Shown: one piece after another, positions 18,690 to 28,756 of the stretch
How the letters are laid out: the number at the start of each line of letters is the position of its first letter
Numbering within the stretch: the stretch's first letter is position 1
Assembly (NCBI GenBank): GCA_001593845.1
Contig: LUCF01000004.1
Span: forward strand, 1-36,831
From: Candidatus Bathyarchaeota archaeon B63
GTDB lineage: Archaea; Thermoproteota; Bathyarchaeia; Bathyarchaeales; DTEX01
Direction: 5' to 3'
Length of the DNA: 36,831 bases
Made by a program: the position numbers and the translations under genes
The notes under the pieces: generated by a model
What the model was told of the DNA's origin: nothing
Databases searched by the model: none
Seen by the model: the letters and a program-made list of their open reading frames with translations, nothing else

Positions 18690-19775
18690 ATGAATCCGTC
18701 AGAGAGGGTTCTTGCAGCTCTAAACCTCGAAGAGCCCGACGTCGTCCCCATAGGGGAGATAGGCTACGACCTGGGAAGACTATCATCGATTCTCAATATC
18801 CCTCTGGATGAGAGGATGAAACACGATGAGAGAGACGTCAAGATGAGAGTGGAGGTCCTCACCCGCTTCGTCGAGGCCCTCGACTTGGATATCGTCCCAG
18901 CCAATCCGAGCCCCCCTGAGGATGGGCCTAGAATCAGATGGTTAGACGAGGAGACATGGATCGACGAGTGGGGGGCCAAGTACCGGTATAAGAACGGAAT
19001 AAGCTGGTACGTGGGCCCGGGCTTGGATGACCCTGAGCAGATCTGGGAGCTTGAGCCGCCTGACCCCAATGCCCCAGGGATTATGGATGAGCCTAAGCTT
19101 CTAGTAGAGAGGTTCAAGGGCAGGAGGGCGGTGGCGGGCATCATACCAGGCCCTAAGATGCCATACCTGGCGAGGGGGATAGATGGCTATAACATCGACC
19201 TCTTCAGGAGGCCTTCCCTAGCAAGGAGGCTCATGGAGATGGCGACGGACTACAACACCGAGTTGGGTAAGAGGCTCATAGAGGTAGGTGTGGACTTCAT
19301 AGTCATGACCGGGGATGTCGCTTATAGGAGAGGCCCCCTAGTCTCGATTAAGCACTTCAGGGAGGTATTCGTCCCGGCGATCAGGGATCCAGCTAGGACA
19401 TTTCATAGGTTCGGGGTTCCGATGGTGAAGCATACTGACGGATACATCGAGCCGATAATCGAGGACCTCGTAAAGACGGGGATCAACGGGCTACACTCGA
19501 TCGAGCCGGCCGCTGGCATGAACATCAGAAGCGTCAAAGAGAGGTTTGGGAGCAAGATATGCCTCTGGGGAGGCGTGGACCTCTCCTACACGCTCTCTCT
19601 GGGCACGAGGGAGGAAGTAATAAAAGAAGTAAGGGACCGGATCTCCTCTGCTGCTCCGGGCGGGGGTTACATACTCAGCTCGTCTAATAGCTTCTCAACG
19701 GCGGTGAAGTTCGAGAACTTCAAGGCGATGGTCGAGGCGGGGAAAGCATATGGGAGATACCGGCCGCAGGGATGA
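18690..19775 (+). CDS. Uroporphyrinogen decarboxylase-like / MtaA-CmuA family putative corrinoid methyltransferase
   Basis: MN..ERVLAAL...EPD.VP, DEWG, HTDG, GGVD, GGGYILSSSN; start placed at ATG 18690 after GAGG. Confidence 0.8.
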   Translation: MNPSERVLAALNLEEPDVVPIGEIGYDLGRLSSILNIPLDERMKHDERDVKMRVEVLTRFVEALDLDIVPANPSPPEDGPRIRWLDEETWIDEWGAKYRYKNGISWYVGPGLDDPEQIWELEPPDPNAPGIMDEPKLLVERFKGRRAVAGIIPGPKMPYLARGIDGYNIDLFRRPSLARRLMEMATDYNTELGKRLIEVGVDFIVMTGDVAYRRGPLVSIKHFREVFVPAIRDPARTFHRFGVPMVKHTDGYIEPIIEDLVKTGINGLHSIEPAAGMNIRSVKERFGSKICLWGGVDLSYTLSLGTREEVIKEVRDRISSAAPGGGYILSSSNSFSTAVKFENFKAMVEAGKAYGRYRPQG

Positions 19776-19779
19776 GCCG

Positions 19780-20862
19780 CTAGGGAAGCGGGAGAAACTT
19801 TATGCAGACCGGTGCTGGAACCTTCGTCTCCTCCCCCGTCGGCTCAAGCATACCAGTCTCCCGGTCTATCCGGAACCCAACGATGTTATCTGTGTCTTGA
19901 TTTGCGACGAGAAGGAAATCGCCGGAGGGGTCTATGGCGAAGTTGCGTGGGGACCGCCCCCGCGTGGACTCGTGGCCGATGAGGCTAAGCCTCCCGGTCT
20001 CCCCATCTATCCTGTAGATGGCGATGCTGTCGTGTCCCCTGTTTGAGCCGTAAAGGAACATGCCTGAGGGGTCGACATGGATATCCGCCGGGTAATTCGC
20101 CCCCTCGTATCCATCAGGGAGCGTGGAGACCGTCTGAACTGGTTTAAGCCTGCCGCTTTCCCTGTCGTATGAGAAAGCGATGATCGTTGAGTCCAGCTCG
20201 TTTATCACGTACGCGAACCTCTCGTTCGGGTGGAAGGTGAAGTGGCGGGGGCCGGCGCCGGGCTGCGTTCTCACCCAAGGCTGATCGTTCGGCTTCAGCT
20301 TCCCCCTCTCCACATCGAACTTGTAGATCATTATCTTGTCTATTCCGAGGTCCGCGGCGTAGACGTACCTGTTCGAGGGGTCAACGACGACGGAGTGCGC
20401 ATGAGGCCCCATCTGACGTTTAGGGTCTATGCTGCTTCCTTCATGCTGGATTATATCGGTTGCTTCTCCAAGGCTTCCGTCATCCATCACCGGCAGGACG
20501 CATAGGCTGCCGCTGGAGTAATTTGCGGTGAGGACGTACCTGCCGGTCCCATCGACTGTTACATAGCATGGGGAGGTGCCCCCTGAGGGTTTACTGTTTA
20601 AGGGTGTCAGTTCCCCGGTCTCCCCATCTATCATGAATGAGCTCACCGCACCTGACCTTCTACCCATGAAGGAATGAACCTCATTAACCGCGTAGAGGCT
20701 GCCCTTCTGAGGGGAGATCGCGAGGAACGATGGATTATTCAAGTTAACAGCCTTCCCCGCCGGCTTGAGGCTGCCTGTCTCCGGGTCCATCACGTAAATG
20801 TATATTCCCTTGCTTCCCCTACGGGTGTAAGTCCCGACATAAACGAGCATCTTCTCAGCCAC
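19780..20862 (-). CDS. pgl: 6-phosphogluconolactonase-like beta-propeller lactonase
   Basis: YVGTYT, NPSFL, ANY..G, PHAH, GAGPRH, SNRGHDSI, PRNF, ANQ. Confidence 0.85.
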   Translation of the reverse strand: MAEKMLVYVGTYTRRGSKGIYIYVMDPETGSLKPAGKAVNLNNPSFLAISPQKGSLYAVNEVHSFMGRRSGAVSSFMIDGETGELTPLNSKPSGGTSPCYVTVDGTGRYVLTANYSSGSLCVLPVMDDGSLGEATDIIQHEGSSIDPKRQMGPHAHSVVVDPSNRYVYAADLGIDKIMIYKFDVERGKLKPNDQPWVRTQPGAGPRHFTFHPNERFAYVINELDSTIIAFSYDRESGRLKPVQTVSTLPDGYEGANYPADIHVDPSGMFLYGSNRGHDSIAIYRIDGETGRLSLIGHESTRGRSPRNFAIDPSGDFLLVANQDTDNIVGFRIDRETGMLEPTGEETKVPAPVCIKFLPLP

Positions 20863-21017
20863 ACTATACCCCCCATCTGGCGCCGTGATTACTCACCCTT
20901 CCCCATCACCATGCTAGGACTTATAAAGGGAAGCAGAGCAATATGAATCTTCCCGTGAAATCAGCCTCAGACGCATTACTCGGATAAAATCTAAAAAGGG
21001 GCGCTTCCTCTGTTAGA

Positions 21018-22013
21018 TTGATGGTTTCCAAGGAAGGGGGGTTCACAGTGGGGCTTAAAGAAATAGGCTGGAACGGCTTCCTAATCAGGGTGCCCGAGGA
21101 GATGCATTTCACGCGTCAAGGTGGGAATGCCAAGGAAGGGACCTTCGTAATAGAGTCTGAGGAAGGCATCATCGATCTTAGTTGGAGGCCCATTCAGGAG
21201 GAACCCCAATCTCTCCTCTCCGCCGTAGAGACGATAATAGATTATGCAAAGAAGGAGGCCAAAAAGAAAGGCTTGAAGTTCAGCATAAAAGAGAAGCAGA
21301 GGGTACTCGTTAACAAGCATGATGCATTCTACCTGCTTGTGAAATCCGCAGTTGAGGAGAGATACTATATCTGGCTATGCAAGGAAAGCGGCAGAATAGC
21401 CTCGGTCAGATTCATCTTTAAGGAATTCGATGAGAAAGCAAAGAGGATCATCAAGCAATTCCTAAGCAGCCTGAGATGCCATACGGATGGGAATAACGTG
21501 TGGTCCCTACTGAAGATCCGCTTCGAGGCCCCGAAGTCCCTCCTCCTGACTGAGTCGAGGTTTGGGGTGGGCCGAGCTCACATCACGCTGGCAGAAAAGG
21601 AGGTCTCCGCCCTTGAGGAGAGGACGAGGAGCATCCACGTTGATTACTTCTCCGTAGCGAACCTCATATTCAAAGATACATATCAAGACCCTGGAAGGTG
21701 GTTCGAGAAGAATTACAAGAAAGAATTTAGAAAGATGCTTAAGAAGTGGAGGATCAAGTTCGATACGATAGGCGAGAGGGAACTCGGGGGCCACAAGGCC
21801 GTAATAAAAGAGGCGAGGACGACCTCTGGCTTATTAACGAGGGGTTCCGAGATCTGCTCGGTCGCCTGCTGGTACTGTGAAGATATGAATAGGATGTATT
21901 CAGTCGCGGTCCGTTCGAGGATCGTTAGATTCGTGTTCCTTAAGAGGAGGCTGAAGGAGGAAGAACACAACGAGATGTTCGACAGTCTTCTCAGATCTTT
22001 CAAGTGCCATTAA
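21018..22013 (+). CDS. Hypothetical protein made of two internally repeated domains (possibly PsbP/Mog1-like)
   Basis: 331-aa ORF; both halves carry W-x-C (IWLCKES / CWYCEDM) and end in SxxCH (SSLRCH / RSFKCH). Confidence 0.7.
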   Translation: MMVSKEGGFTVGLKEIGWNGFLIRVPEEMHFTRQGGNAKEGTFVIESEEGIIDLSWRPIQEEPQSLLSAVETIIDYAKKEAKKKGLKFSIKEKQRVLVNKHDAFYLLVKSAVEERYYIWLCKESGRIASVRFIFKEFDEKAKRIIKQFLSSLRCHTDGNNVWSLLKIRFEAPKSLLLTESRFGVGRAHITLAEKEVSALEERTRSIHVDYFSVANLIFKDTYQDPGRWFEKNYKKEFRKMLKKWRIKFDTIGERELGGHKAVIKEARTTSGLLTRGSEICSVACWYCEDMNRMYSVAVRSRIVRFVFLKRRLKEEEHNEMFDSLLRSFKCH

Positions 22014-22106
22014 GCTTGAACTAAGAAGGCATACGGCTATACAGGGATGGCTTTCTGATTAGACCGGCTCCTTGAGTGGGGGAAGAGGCCTTCCCGTCAT
22101 CATTTA

Positions 22107-22583
22107 CTATCGCCCAGTTTTCTTCAGGGCCTCCTTTTCGAGGCGTTCCTTGAGTTCCTCAGGAACGATGAAGGCTATCAGTCCACGTTTAACCAGACTA
22201 TTCAGGTAAGTCTCCAGCGAGATCTCCGCCTCCCTTGCCAGGAACTTATATTTCTGGCAGAGGAAATCAATGATCTCCTTCGTCGTCCTCTTTCCGTCGC
22301 ATAATTCCCAGACCGTTGACCCGATAACATCCAGTTGTATCCGTCTCTCCTCCGGCGTAGGGAGTATGCGGGAGAAAAAGCCCTTACGTCTAGTTCTCCT
22401 CCTCTTTTGGCCCTTCTCCTCCTCCCCGGTCTTCTTCATGGGGATGGAGATTTTGATCTCGCCCTTCTCGTTCTTCTCCCACTTGATGATCGGGTTCCGC
22501 AGCGGCCTCAGCTTTAAAAACTCGCTTCGACTTATCCTCGGCCCCTCCGGCTTCTTCCTGCGCCTCAGCTTGCCCAGTATCAT
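22107..22583 (-). CDS. Stand-alone PqqD/RRE-domain protein with basic N-terminal extension
   Basis: LDVIGSTVWELCDGKRT..EII..L...Y......E..L..YL..L...GLI; start reassigned to ATG 22583 (MILGKLRRR). Confidence 0.8.
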   Translation of the reverse strand: MILGKLRRRKKPEGPRISRSEFLKLRPLRNPIIKWEKNEKGEIKISIPMKKTGEEEKGQKRRRTRRKGFFSRILPTPEERRIQLDVIGSTVWELCDGKRTTKEIIDFLCQKYKFLAREAEISLETYLNSLVKRGLIAFIVPEELKERLEKEALKKTGR

Positions 22584-22756
22584 CGTCCCTTCCGTCCCAA
22601 ATGAAGAGTATGTAAAGTTCTTTAAAAACTTAATAACTGGGAGAGACCTGAATGAGGGCTCGGAATAAGCTTTTAAGCGGAGATGAGGAGTTCTTATCCC
22701 GTACTCCAAACGGATCGCGGTTAATGACGAGTGGATGGTAGCAGACTAAAACCAGT

Positions 22757-24640
22757 ATGGCGGGCCTCCATATGATAATCTTCCAGCCTCACGGAAAAAG
22801 AATAGCCGCCGCCCAAGGGGAGACCCTGCTGGATGCGGCTAAAGACGCGGGGATCGCCGTAAACGCGCTCTGCGGCGGAGCCGGCCTATGCGGAAAATGC
22901 AGAGTGATGGTCCTGCGGGGTGAACGGAACTTATCCCCACCTACGGAGGCTGAGCGGAGATCGCTCTCAGAGGAGGACATCTCCAACGGCTTCAGGCTTG
23001 CCTGCCAGGCGACGGTCAGTGGAAAGGGGCCGATCGTGATCCTGGTCCCGCCGGAAAGCCGGGCTGAGAGGCAGAGGCTGCTCCTAAGAGGCTTGGAGGA
23101 GAAGATCAGCCCCCAGCCAGCTGTGAGGGAGCTCAACATCCGCCTCAAGGAGCCCTCCCTGAAGGACGTCGTTGCGGATGTGGATAGGCTTCTCAGGATC
23201 CTTGAGTCAGAGGTCGGCGCGAAGGTTAAGATCGATTACGAGGCGATGATCAGGGTTCCGCATGTCCTCCGGCGGGGTGGATGGCGGGTCTCCGTTGTGC
23301 TCTGGAGGGATCGGGAGGTAATCTCAGTTGAGCCTTCCCCCACCGGTCTGTACGGCTTCGCAGTTGATGTTGGGACGACGAAGCTAGCCGGGTACCTCGT
23401 TGACCTGAGGAGCGGAAGGGTCGCGGCGGCGGCCTCGATGATGAATCCCCAGATAGCGTATGGGGAGGACGTGATCACGAGGATAAAGTTCGCCTCGGAG
23501 GGTGAGGGAAACCTCAGGGTTCTCAGCCGAAGCATAATCGAGGGGATCAATAACCTCATCGGCGAGGCCTGCGGGAAGGCTCATGTATCCACGCGTGAGA
23601 TATACGATGTGACGGTTGCGGGGAACACCGTTATGCATCACATTCTCCTAGGCATCCCCCCGAATTATGTTGCGTTGATGCCCTACCCCGCGGCTCTCCA
23701 GTCGCCGGTCGATGTGAAGGCTAGGGAGCTGGGCATAGATGTGAACCCAGGAGCCTACGTTTATGCCCTGCCCACGATAGCCGGGTTTGTGGGCGGAGAC
23801 GCCGTCGCCGACATCCTGGCCACAGGCATCCACACGGCCGAGGAGATCTCGATGCTGATTGACATCGGGACGAACACGGAGATAATCCTCGGCGACAGGG
23901 AGAGCCTCATCGCCTGCTCATGTGCATCAGGCCCGGCCTTCGAGGGGGCTCACATAAAGCATGGGATGAGGGCGATAAGCGGAGCGATCGAGCATGTCTG
24001 GATTGACCCGGAGACCCTTGAGGCTGGATATAAGACGGTTGATGATGAGGAGGCCAGGGGGATCTGCGGATCCGGGATAATCGACGTCATAGCTGAGATG
24101 CTGAAGGCCGGACTGATCGATCAGAGCGGAAGGTTAAACAGCGAAGCTGAGACTCCTAGGCTGAGGGGGGATGGAAACTCAGCTGAGTACGTTGTAGCGT
24201 GGGGGGATGAGACGGCGAACGGCCATGACATAGTCGTAACCCAGAACGATGTAAGGGAGATACAGCTCGCGAAGGCCGCAATATACACGGGAGCCTCGAT
24301 CCTGATGAGGCATAGGGGGGTCCGGCCGAACGATATCCGTAGGGTCTACTTGGCCGGGGCCTTCGGGAACTACGTGGATCCCCAGAACGCCAAGATAATT
24401 GGGATGTACCCGGATGTTCCCCTTGAGAGGGTCAGATTCGTGGGGAACACAGCTGGCTCAGGCGCCAGGATGACCCTCCTCTCCGTCGAGGCTAGGAGGG
24501 CGGCTGAGGAGATCGCTGGGAAAGTTAGGTACGTCGAGCTCGGCGCAGACCCGGAGTTCCAAACGGAGTTTCTCAAGGCGACTTATCTGCCTCATAGGGA
24601 GCCTGAGAGGTTCCCAAGCGTCATCGCGCTGCTAAAGTAG
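22757..24640 (+). CDS. ATP-dependent reductive activator of corrinoid proteins (RACo, ASKHA/DUF4445) with N-terminal [2Fe-2S] ferredoxin
   Basis: CGGAGLCGKC...RLACQ, DVGTT, NPQ..YGEDV, DIGTN.E, GPAFEG, GICGSG, LAGAFG. Confidence 0.92.
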   Translation: MAGLHMIIFQPHGKRIAAAQGETLLDAAKDAGIAVNALCGGAGLCGKCRVMVLRGERNLSPPTEAERRSLSEEDISNGFRLACQATVSGKGPIVILVPPESRAERQRLLLRGLEEKISPQPAVRELNIRLKEPSLKDVVADVDRLLRILESEVGAKVKIDYEAMIRVPHVLRRGGWRVSVVLWRDREVISVEPSPTGLYGFAVDVGTTKLAGYLVDLRSGRVAAAASMMNPQIAYGEDVITRIKFASEGEGNLRVLSRSIIEGINNLIGEACGKAHVSTREIYDVTVAGNTVMHHILLGIPPNYVALMPYPAALQSPVDVKARELGIDVNPGAYVYALPTIAGFVGGDAVADILATGIHTAEEISMLIDIGTNTEIILGDRESLIACSCASGPAFEGAHIKHGMRAISGAIEHVWIDPETLEAGYKTVDDEEARGICGSGIIDVIAEMLKAGLIDQSGRLNSEAETPRLRGDGNSAEYVVAWGDETANGHDIVVTQNDVREIQLAKAAIYTGASILMRHRGVRPNDIRRVYLAGAFGNYVDPQNAKIIGMYPDVPLERVRFVGNTAGSGARMTLLSVEARRAAEEIAGKVRYVELGADPEFQTEFLKATYLPHREPERFPSVIALLK

Positions 24641-24729
24641 GAGGGATGCCCATCCCGGCGGGGCATGCCGTTCTAGCCTTATAAGGCTCCTTGGATAATT
24701 CTCTTGTTAAGTCAGACCTGGTGGTGCGG

Positions 24730-25893
24730 TTGAGGCTCGCGAGGAGAACAGGGCTTATCAAGCCCTCTGGAACAATAGCCATGGCCGAGAAGGCGCGGGA
24801 GATGGAGCGGAGGGGGAGGAGAATCTGCCGTTTGGATGTGGGCGAGCCGGACTTCGATACGCCAGAGCACATAAAGGAGGCGGCCATAAAGGCAATAAAG
24901 GAGGGATTCACGCATTACACCCCAAGCAGGGGACTCCCGGAGCTTAGGGAGGCCATAGCCGAGGACCTTGAGAGGAGAGGCATACAGGCGGATCCGAAGA
25001 GCGAGATAATCGTGACGCCGGGGGCGAAGCACGCGATATACTGCGCATGCCTCTCAACCCTTGACCCCGGAGACGAGGTTCTAGTCCTCTCGCCTACATG
25101 GACGACCCATTTCCAGTGCATCGAGATCGCCGAGGCCCGCGCCGTTGAGGTTCCATGCGGCGAGGAGTACAGCCTGGATGAGGAGGAGCTGAAGGCCAGG
25201 GTCACGGGGAAGACCAAGATGATACTGATGGGCTCGCCTAATAACCCGACGGGCGGGGTGCTGAGCGACGGCGCCGTCAGGGCGATCGTCGAGATCGCTG
25301 AGGATAACGATCTTCTGATCCTCTCAGATGAGATCTACGATAGGCTCGTCTATGACGGGCTTAAGCCTATCAGCCCATCTTCAATCGGGGATCGCGAGAG
25401 GATAATCGTCGTGAATGGGTTCAGCAAGGCATACGCGATGACGGGGTGGAGGCTCGGGTACGCATATGCATGCAGGGAGATAATCGACTCTATGACCCGT
25501 ATCCAGCAGTCCACGACGACGTGCCCCGTCAGCTTCGTCCAGAAGGCCGGAGTGGAGGCCCTGAGAGGCCCGCAGGCGGATGTCGAGAGGATGGTTAGGG
25601 AGTATGATCGGAGAAGACGATTCATCGTCGAGGGGCTGAACGAGATTGAGGGATTCAGGTGCACCATGCCGAGGGGCGCCTTCTACGCCTTCCCCGACAT
25701 ATCCGGGTTCGGGATGCCGAGCTCAGATTTCTGCCTCAGGCTCTTGGAGGAGAAGGGGGTCTCAACCACCCCGGGAAGCATCTTCGGAGAGTCCGGTGAG
25801 GGCCACATAAGGGTCTCATACGCGAATAATATCCAGGTGCTCAGGGAGGCCGTAGAGAAAATAAGGGAGTTTGCGGATGATTTATGGAGGTGA
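24730..25893 (+). CDS. Class I PLP-dependent aminotransferase (AspB-like)
   Basis: GEPDF, PNNPTG, SDEIY, GFSKAYAMTGWRLGY; start taken as TTG 24730 after GGTGGTG. Confidence 0.9.
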   Translation: MRLARRTGLIKPSGTIAMAEKAREMERRGRRICRLDVGEPDFDTPEHIKEAAIKAIKEGFTHYTPSRGLPELREAIAEDLERRGIQADPKSEIIVTPGAKHAIYCACLSTLDPGDEVLVLSPTWTTHFQCIEIAEARAVEVPCGEEYSLDEEELKARVTGKTKMILMGSPNNPTGGVLSDGAVRAIVEIAEDNDLLILSDEIYDRLVYDGLKPISPSSIGDRERIIVVNGFSKAYAMTGWRLGYAYACREIIDSMTRIQQSTTTCPVSFVQKAGVEALRGPQADVERMVREYDRRRRFIVEGLNEIEGFRCTMPRGAFYAFPDISGFGMPSSDFCLRLLEEKGVSTTPGSIFGESGEGHIRVSYANNIQVLREAVEKIREFADDLWR

Positions 25894-25902
25894 GCTGATC
25901 AC

Positions 25903-26994
25903 ATGTTCGATGAGAAGGCCTTATCAGTCCTTAGGAGGATGACTGAGTCATTCGGCCCATCCGGATTCGAGACTGAAACCTCGCGTATAATAAAGGAGTA
26001 CATGGAGGATTATTCCGACGGGATCTTGACTGACAAGCTGGGCTCCATCATCTTCGTCGCGAGGGGAGGAAGCGAGAGGCCCCATGTTCTCCTAGCCGGG
26101 CACATCGATGAGGTAGGCTTCGTCGTCTCAGGCATAGAGGAGAAGACGGGCTTCCTAACCTTCAATCCTCTTGGGGGATGGTGGGATCAGGTTCTCCTCT
26201 CCCAGAAGGTCATAGTGAGAACATCTAAGGGGGACATCATAGGGGTAATCGCCGCTAAGCCGCCGCATCTCCTGACCGAGGAGGAAAGGAAGAAGGTCGT
26301 GACGAAGGATAAGATGTTCATAGACATAGGGGCTACATCCAAGGAAGAGGCAGAAAGAGCAGGCGTGAAGATAGGTGATCCGATAGTCCCGTGGTCGCCC
26401 TTCTCCCTCCTCAGGGATGGAAAGGTCGCGATGGGGAAGGCCTTCGACGACCGGATAGGGGCCTTCATCATCATGGAGACCATCAGGAGGATAAAAGAGA
26501 AGGGGATAGATCACCCAAACACGGTTTATGGCGCCGCTACCGTTCAGGAGGAGGTTGGGGCGCGGGGGGCACAGACCGTCGCCCATCTAGTCGATCCGGA
26601 CGTCGGGCTGGTCTTGGAGGTGGACATCTCCGGGGATGTGCCCGGCATAAAACCCTTCGAGGCCCCGGCAAAGATGGGTAGGGGCCCGAGCCTCATAACA
26701 TTCGACCGAAGCATGATCCCGAACCAGCCTCTCAAGGAGTTCGTCATGGAGACCGCTGAGGAGATAGGCATCCCGCTTCAGCTCTCCCAGGTTCCGCGGG
26801 GAGGAACGGATGCCGGCCGGATCCACCTGAACAGGGTAGGCTGCCCAAGCGTCGTTATCAGCATCCCGACCAGGCACATCCACAGCCACGTAGGACTTCT
26901 CAGCCTGGACGACGTTGAGAACGCAGTCAAGCTCATAACCGAGCTCGTGAAGAGGCTCGACAAGGAGACGGTGGACGGCTTCACGAGGATCTAA
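25903..26994 (+). CDS. M42 family (TET) aminopeptidase
   Basis: GHIDE, GKAFDDR, QEEVG, GGTDAG, RHIHS. Confidence 0.92.
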   Translation: MFDEKALSVLRRMTESFGPSGFETETSRIIKEYMEDYSDGILTDKLGSIIFVARGGSERPHVLLAGHIDEVGFVVSGIEEKTGFLTFNPLGGWWDQVLLSQKVIVRTSKGDIIGVIAAKPPHLLTEEERKKVVTKDKMFIDIGATSKEEAERAGVKIGDPIVPWSPFSLLRDGKVAMGKAFDDRIGAFIIMETIRRIKEKGIDHPNTVYGAATVQEEVGARGAQTVAHLVDPDVGLVLEVDISGDVPGIKPFEAPAKMGRGPSLITFDRSMIPNQPLKEFVMETAEEIGIPLQLSQVPRGGTDAGRIHLNRVGCPSVVISIPTRHIHSHVGLLSLDDVENAVKLITELVKRLDKETVDGFTRI

Positions 26995-27152
26995 GTTCCG
27001 AGCGGATATCCTCCCATCCATCAATATTACTGAACGCTCGTAGCTACGCAGCGATGCTCCGCAGAAACTCCGCATCTAGACGGGAGGATAAGAGAGGCGA
27101 GATGGACATATTAGGATCCAAATATACCATTAATATTCCCTTTAAATACTTC

Positions 27153-27181
27153 CTTTATAAAGAAAAAAAATTTCCCGGCGG
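27153..27181 (+). repeat. Copy 1 of an imperfect ~28-bp direct repeat
   Basis: CTTTATAAAGAAAAAAAATTTCCCGGCGG. Confidence 0.35.
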
Positions 27182-27216
27182 CAAACCGCACATGAAAAAA
27201 GGCTCATGATTACGCT

Positions 27217-28753
27217 CTATGCCTGAGCGCTAAGGGCCCGCTGAGCTCGATGATGGATTCCCGAAGCCGGGTGTAGAGCCCCTTCTTCAGCATCACCAGC
27301 TCGCCTCTCTGTGAAGAAGAACCTTGTCTGACCCATAGTCTTCACGTCGAGCGGCCTTATCTTCACTACGATCGGGAAGTCCTTCACCATCCTCCCAAGG
27401 AGTAGGCAGTGGTGGGGGGGCAGGTCGCGGACTATGGATGTGATTGTCTCAGCATCCGCCCTTGCGGCCCTCGCGATTATCTGGAGGTCATGCTCATTCA
27501 CGAAGTTCAGCAGGAATATGTTATCCGCCTGACGGTAGATGTTCTCGTGGATCGTGTTCGGCTGGTTCGTGATGAATGTTGTGAAGAGCCCGAAGTGCCT
27601 CATCCTCGTGACTATGTCGTCCCAGTATGTCTCCTTCAGGTATAGGTGAGCCTCCTCAGCGAAGAGGAAGACGGCCCTTATCTTCCACTGCGAGAGGGCG
27701 TCCTGAAGCTTCGCCAGGACGTACTCCCATCCTCCGGTCAGATGGGGAAGTACCACTTAGATCTATGACTATGGCGCCGCCTCCTCCCCTCTCAGCCTTG
27801 CGGAGGAGACCCTCGAAGTCAGTCGCCTCAGCCATGTTATCCGTGAAGAAACCGGAGTTGAGGAGGGCTGAGTAACGCGAGTAGAGCGCATCCTTCACAT
27901 GCTGGTTGCACTTCCAGTTCTGGATAGCCTCCCCCAGACCATGAAGGGTGAGCCTCCCCCTCTTCTCAAGGAACCTCCATATCTGCCGGAATTCCCGGGC
28001 TGAGGTTCCGGGAAGCCCAAGAGCGTATGTGAGGGTCCTCATGATCACGTAGAGCTCAGTCTGATACAATGTGACCTTGAAGCTCCTCCCCGGGGTTAGT
28101 ATGCGGATCTTGCCGTGATACCTATTCTTTGAGCCGTCCTTGCCGTATCCGAGATTCGTATACTCGCCGTTTATGTCTAGGATGACGACGACCGCCCCAT
28201 AATCGATGAGGCTCAAGACCAGCAGCTTAGAGAGGTGAGACTTACCAGTCCCTTTCTTCCCCGTTATTATGTTCAGCTTTCCGTCCAGCTGAAGGGCATC
28301 AACTGCGAGGGGGAAGGAGTCCTGCGTCTCCCCGAGCCTTATTGGAAGGCCCCCATCCATATCCGCCATCTCAACGAGAGACTCGGTCGGGAGCTTACAT
28401 ATCGTGGAATTCATCCTGGATGGGAGCCAAGAATTCTCCTGCCTCAGCTCACCGTTCATTATCGTACCATGGATCTTGCAGATCAGCAGACGGGCATCCT
28501 GAATGTACAGTATATGAGATGTTATGCCGAGTGGGTCTTCATCCTCGCCGCTTAATGAGTCCCCAGCATCAGAGGATCGGAGTAGCTCCTCCATCACCCC
28601 GGGGACATTAGCGAACTCTATGTCTATCACCTGAGCTATCATTGCCTTGTCTGCCTTCCGATCCCTTATGAGCAGGTACTCGCCCTTCTCAACTTCCTCG
28701 CCTGGGAAGCTCAGAATATGCAGTGTATTACCGGCTTTCCTGAAGAGCCTCAT
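27217..28753 (-). pseudogene. herA: HerA/FtsK-family ATPase split by a frameshift near 27727
   Basis: The N-part has a HAS-barrel-like region and Walker A GKKGTGKS. The C-part in another frame has Walker B FAEEAH, RMRHFG and ITNQP. Junction on the - strand: AGG ATG G GAG TAC GTC. Confidence 0.85.
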
Positions 28754-28756
28754 CGC

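Noticed and set aside
22030..22104. Box C (ATGATGA, - strand) just after the PqqD stop
   Set aside because: No CUGA box D at a suitable distance; more likely a hairpin/terminator region.
6407..22583. RiPP cluster built from the radical SAM genes and PqqD
   Set aside because: The radical SAM enzymes are Tes and a PFL-activase-like protein, lie far from the PqqD gene, lack SPASM domains, and no precursor peptide is evident.
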